Positions 18,759-23,373 of a stretch of DNA of 23,373 bases are shown here, piece after piece; the first letter of the stretch is position 1, and each line of letters begins with the position of its first letter. This DNA comes from Amoeboradix gromovi X-113 (taxonomy: Eukaryota > Fungi > Sanchytriomycota). The translations under genes and the position numbers were made by a program. The notes under the pieces were generated by a model. That model was not told the DNA's origin and ran no database searches. It was given only the letters and a program-made list of their open reading frames with translations. The stretch covers positions 1-23,373 of the forward strand of contig JADGIF010000073.1 of the NCBI GenBank assembly GCA_018985225.1, written 5' to 3'.

Positions 18759-18779
18759 AATTGTCTCCTTGAATCTTGA

Positions 18780-21429
18780 ATGGATCCCTTTCAATTATTA
18801 AATGTACTTTATGGTCCTGCCTCATCTCAAGACGAAAGAAAAAATGCAGAAAATCAATTGCTTAATTTATTGAAATCTCCTCAAGGTCTATTATTTATAC
18901 CTCAGCTGTTAAATGGCGATTCAAATGCTCAATTTTTCGCTATGATGACAGTTCAAGTTCATTTGGTAACCACTGATTACAGACCTACCTTGGATGAACT
19001 TTTTAATATCTATACTGTTGTAAAATCATCGCCACTATATGTGGTCCACAAATTCGCTTTAGCATTGGCTACATTAGGATTAAAATCTAATCCCGATAAT
19101 TTTATAGAAACTGTTTATAACAAGACACAATCAGCAGTGCTGGCCTTGTTTACGGCCACTGATGTTGTTAACGAAAGCGATAAGATCTATCAAAATAGAT
19201 TTAAAAACCATTCAATCGTCTTTGCCAAGAATAATGCTACATTTGTAATACAATTAATTCAGCAGTGCCTTGCACATGACCAGTATATTGAAGAGGCAAC
19301 TTTATGCTTTACTACTTGGTTGGAACGCTTTGATGAGTCGCAAATTCAACTGATATATAACATTCTCCTTGATTTTATCAATAAAAATAAACTCATGGAT
19401 TCTGTCTGTGATTCTATTTGCGGTATTATAACTGCAATGAATAGATTCGAAAAAAGTATCTGCGACTCCTTACTTCCCTGCATTTGTAATGAAAAGGTAA
19501 TTTTGTTGGTAGATAATCAATCCGAGTCTATACATTTTTACCTCAAGTTGATTATTGGGATTGGAGAAGACATGACTGATTACCTAGTAAAGAATGTGTT
19601 CAAGGAACATGTACAATTTTATTTCCAAATTTTGTTAAAGATTACCAACACAACCGGGGTTTATGCAATTGATGAGGATATTAGCGAAGAACCACTTTTC
19701 ATATGGACTTATGTACAAGAGGCTGTTACCGAACCAACCAGTCACTTATGCAAGCTGATAGCTATTGATATGCCTAACTACGATCCTAGCAGATTTGAAA
19801 TTCCAACTCCTATTTACAGTAAGTTTGAAGAGATATACCAGGCCCTATTACCCATATTATTGCGCAAGATGTCTGTGGATCCGTTGCTGTTCAGAAGCCA
19901 ACCAAAAGATATCATAAATACATTTGCAGTTTATAGAAGCTCGTTATGTGATGCAGTTCAAGACTGCTATAAGATAACTCCAAGTTTTACAATAAATTAC
20001 TTGCTGCAGCTATTGAAAAACATGATAATGATTCCAACTAGCAAGGAACAAGATCTTGAGAGCATTTTAAGGTCATTGTCGTTTCTTAGTGAGCTTGCTG
20101 AGGATGACGCGTCTGTGTATAGGATATTCGACCCTCTTTTACTTAATCAGTCTATGCATCTGGCTCAGCAGAACACTTGGATTCCTGTCCATGCACAATA
20201 TTTAAACTGTATAAAGCAATTTTCTACCTGGTTTGAAAAGAACTCTTCGCATGACCCATCTCTTGTTATTGAATATGTTATGACTTTAATGCAGAATAGT
20301 AGGCTTCAATCAAGCGCCATAAATGCTATTAAGGGACTATGCAATTCATTACCTAGTCATATGATTGCCTACTCAGGACCGCTACTGAACAACCTGGCTT
20401 TGTTCAATGTTGACATAAAAATAGGTATATTGCAAGCTTTGAGTAGTACCACTGATGCACTGGCAATTAATGAGAAGCTTAGCGCGTTGACCCTGTTGAT
20501 GAAACATGTCAATGATGGTTTAACACAGCAGCAATCACCTGAAATAATGATGAAATGGATTAGTTGCTTTGAAGTGATTGCTCATAATTACCCACTACCA
20601 TCAGAAATATCAAATGAAAGTGCATTATACCCATTTCTATTAAATGTTGATAGATGCTTACTAACTACCATGATGTGCGTTAGTTTACACGCTACAAATA
20701 TAGAGCTTTCAGTGAAATTCGCAAAGATAGTGGGGTTTACTTGTCCGTTGCTTCAACCAAGGCCCGATCTGGAAATTAAATCAATGAACGAACTTAGTCA
20801 ATTTCTATCTCAATGGTGGAGTGTAGCGCCTTGCAGTGAGTGTTTGGACTCATTCCATACACTCATTAAGGCTTCAGATATTAGAACTGACGTTTCGTTA
20901 AAGAAAGTAGCAATGACAAAGCTTGTTGACGTGCTGCTAGATTCCAGCAAATTCAGTACTTTAAATTAATATAGACGATCCAGATATAGTATGCAGCAGT
21001 TTGGACTCTTTCGTACTTATATTCAAACACATGGATACGATAGAACTAGACCCACTAAAGGTTGAGCAAATTAGAAATAATTTTTCATTGATAGTACTAA
21101 ATGGATTAAAATCAGACTACAGGAATGTTTGCTCTGCATCATTAGCTTGCATAATTATGGTGCAATCAAGTCCCAACCTTTTAATACAACAAAGTTTGAA
21201 CACCACAGTCATACTTCAAACTTTATTTGAATCTATAAAAACATCATTACCACTGGACAAGTACCTGATTGGAAAAGCATGTCAGTACATTCAATTGGTG
21301 CTAAGGCAGAACCCTGATCCATATTTAAGCTCGATACCGAAGGATTTAAATTTAGCAAGTTTAGATGTAAAATCAATTAGACACGCAATATTAGAGTGGA
21401 GTGGTAGAAACATGTTTGATTCGCAGTAG
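18780..21429 (+). CDS. Importin-beta family karyopherin (importin-13/transportin-SR-like), join(18780..20955,20975..21429), ~876 aa
   Basis: LNVLY....ERKNAENQL, AQFFA, GVYAIDEDISE..LFIW..QE, FAVYR...D and HEAT-like repeats. Splicing gives KFNDPDIV. Confidence 0.8.
20956..20974 (+). other. 19-nt spliceosomal intron
   Basis: gtactttaaattaatatag; removal deletes TAA 20967-20969 and puts the 21001 ORF in frame. Same 3' decamer as the CHO2 intron. Confidence 0.85.
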
Positions 21430-21467
21430 ATAATCTGATGCCAATAAATGAAAGTAATTTATTGTGT

Positions 21468-22790
21468 TTAAACAGAATTTACTTGTTGCTTACTTCTAAT
21501 AATGCTCGATATCTGTCTGCGAGTGTCATTCCAGTTTCCTAGCCTTGTCAAGATAGAGATCTTGTTTACAATTGTGCTCGCAATCATAGTGTTTATTACT
21601 AATCTTATAACCATACCAATTACATAACCAGAATCGTAAGCGAATAGGAAGGTATTTGATTCATAAACGTTTGGTAGATAGGTCATGTGGTTTACACTGT
21701 CCGTGTCTGATATAGTCTGCACTTGGATTCCGGTCATCAATTTCTTAATTGTCGAACTTTGGGAGGAAACATTATATCTGGTTGATGGCTTGGAAGCTAG
21801 CAATGTTTTGGAAACTAACAATGTTTTGGAAACTAACAACGATTTTGAGGATTGAGAGATACTTTGAGTTTTTTGTTGAACTGTAGCTAAATCGATGAAC
21901 GCATTACCTAGTGTAGATAATGGTATTCCTGACAAAGTATCTCCGAGAAAATCTGTTGATAGTTGGACATTAGTAACCGCCGTTAGCGGAACTACATTTG
22001 GGTCATATAATCCCACTTTAAGACACATGAACAATTCGGATATCTTAAGATTGTTAAGGAGAGGGTTGTATGATAGATCGCAGCCCAGCAACTTTGAGGT
22101 GTCGGTTATAGTCACATCAGTTATGTAATTGTAGTTGATATAGAGATTGTCTGGTTGGTTTAGCGTAAGATTTCCAGTAAACCTGTTGCTTGGACCACTT
22201 GTACTTCCTAGAAACAAGCTCTTCAAGGATGCGGGAAAATCAGGAAGATCTCCCGAGAGGTCGTTTCCACCTATATACAAACTTTTGAGAGATTGTGGCA
22301 GAGGATTAGGAAGACTTCCTTCTATTTTATTCCAACCCAGATTTAAATTTATCAATGTAAAAGGTAAATTCTGTGGCATAGTGCCCTCAAGGTCATTATA
22401 TTGAAGCAGCATGTTTGTCATGGAAGTGTAGCTAGACCAATCAGGAATGGTACCGTTGAATTCATTTGTATGTAAAACAACAGATTTTATAGTGTATGGT
22501 AGAACTATTGGTATTCCTCCTGTCAGCTTGTTTTCGCTCACGTCAATCTTATTTAGCTTAACGGGTAAATTGGCCCCGTAAATGGTACCATTTAACCCTA
22601 GACCACTCCAGTCAATGATGGTGACAAAGTTGTTGGCACAGGTTATTCCGGTGCTGTTACAGCAATTGAGAGATACGTCGGACATCAGTGTCGGATTACT
22701 GACGTCAAGTTTTACTTTGTATGCCAGGCTAACAACAGCAGTGCAGTCAGGACTTGTCGTAACTGCATTTGACAACATTGCGAGCAACAT
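21468..22790 (-). CDS. Cell-surface leucine-rich repeat protein (Cys-capped plant-type LRRs, S/T stalk, C-terminal TM)
   Basis: NCC..TGITC..FVTIIDWSGLGLNGTI cap, LxxLxLxxNxLxGxIP repeats, S/T-rich region, hydrophobic YVIGMVIRLVINTMIA. Start 22790 preferred; 22889 possible. Confidence 0.85.
   Translation of the reverse strand: MLLAMLSNAVTTSPDCTAVVSLAYKVKLDVSNPTLMSDVSLNCCNSTGITCANNFVTIIDWSGLGLNGTIYGANLPVKLNKIDVSENKLTGGIPIVLPYTIKSVVLHTNEFNGTIPDWSSYTSMTNMLLQYNDLEGTMPQNLPFTLINLNLGWNKIEGSLPNPLPQSLKSLYIGGNDLSGDLPDFPASLKSLFLGSTSGPSNRFTGNLTLNQPDNLYINYNYITDVTITDTSKLLGCDLSYNPLLNNLKISELFMCLKVGLYDPNVVPLTAVTNVQLSTDFLGDTLSGIPLSTLGNAFIDLATVQQKTQSISQSSKSLLVSKTLLVSKTLLASKPSTRYNVSSQSSTIKKLMTGIQVQTISDTDSVNHMTYLPNVYESNTFLFAYDSGYVIGMVIRLVINTMIASTIVNKISILTRLGNWNDTRRQISSIIRSKQQVNSV
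21790..21843. repeat. Three 18-bp coding tandem repeats (LL(V/A)SK units)
   Basis: ttggaagctagcaatgtt / ttggaaactaacaatgtt / ttggaaactaacaacgat. Confidence 0.85.
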
Positions 22791-23373
22791 AAGAACTATA
22801 AGATACAAAGAGAGATACTTATTTATATAGATTTCTCTTGCATCTAATTGGAAGGTAATATTAGCCTTGTGATTGGAGCCAGTAGCCATGCATGGATGAA
22901 CTTAAATAGAATATCGGAAAAGAATTATGGGTAGAAACTACTTTCCAAAACTTTTCCTAATTTGGTGCAAACATTCCTGTCTTTATGGTACAAAGTCCAC
23001 AGAAAGTATGCACCTTCAAAATAACAAATATAGTCAAAGAGCAAATGTCCAATGTTTATCACCTATACTCTAGGCTACGGCCCGTCATTACCATTCGTCT
23101 TTGCTTGCTAGTTAGGTCATTCACTCCAATGTGGGGTCGAGCAATCTTTAAACGTTCTAGGCGCAGGATAAGTTAAAGCATAGTTTCTCTACGAAATGCA
23201 TCGCGCAGCCTCTTTTTGGATACTCTGCGGCTCCTGTGTTGTGCTTATTACTGCCATTACCACAGTAAAATATTTTCTATCACTCTCTCACTACTTTTGT
23301 ATTTTATGATTCTAGTCAAAAGGTTTCTAACGTACAAGCTCTATGTGAAAGACCATTAATTTTGAGTGCTCCG

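Noticed and set aside
3051-22830. Short ORFs nested in or antisense to major genes (e.g. 3051, 3379, 5412, 8116, 8425, 8492, 13991, 14305, 14722, 21895, 22147, 22582)
   Set aside because: Shadow frames of well-supported CDSs.
22890-23373. 63-aa ORF 22985-23176 and the terminal region
   Set aside because: No motif, repeat match or convincing frame found; left unannotated.

Overview
AT-rich, very gene-dense eukaryotic DNA using the standard genetic code, most consistent with a compact early-diverging fungal/opisthokont genome (inference). Housekeeping genes: TFIIF-beta, PPPDE-thioredoxin-PUL peptidase, twinfilin, a rhomboid-like pseudoprotease, KAR5/GEX1-like, CHO2, NFU1, dynamitin and importin-13-like, plus a PAN-type and an LRR membrane protein. 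CHO2 and the importin each carry an ultra-short GT-AG intron (20 and 19 nt), both ending ATTAATATAG. The spacers hold two families of decayed RNA-guided-nuclease elements that the ORF track misses. (1) Three internally deleted IS607-type elements (TnpA HTH start, Fanzor2/TnpB RuvC and Zn-finger, and a structured right end that is a candidate omegaRNA); one is scrambled by an inversion. (2) Five GRGAY...GTCCC terminal-inverted-repeat elements; two carry Fanzor1-like RuvC motifs in the correct order and three carry only the C-terminal part, and a sixth related copy runs off the left edge with an open ORF. A degenerate NTPase plus restriction-endonuclease-like (Crinkler/RHS-type) pseudogene is also present. 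No intact nuclease or transposase gene lies inside the window. All family calls are by manual motif recognition, not database search.
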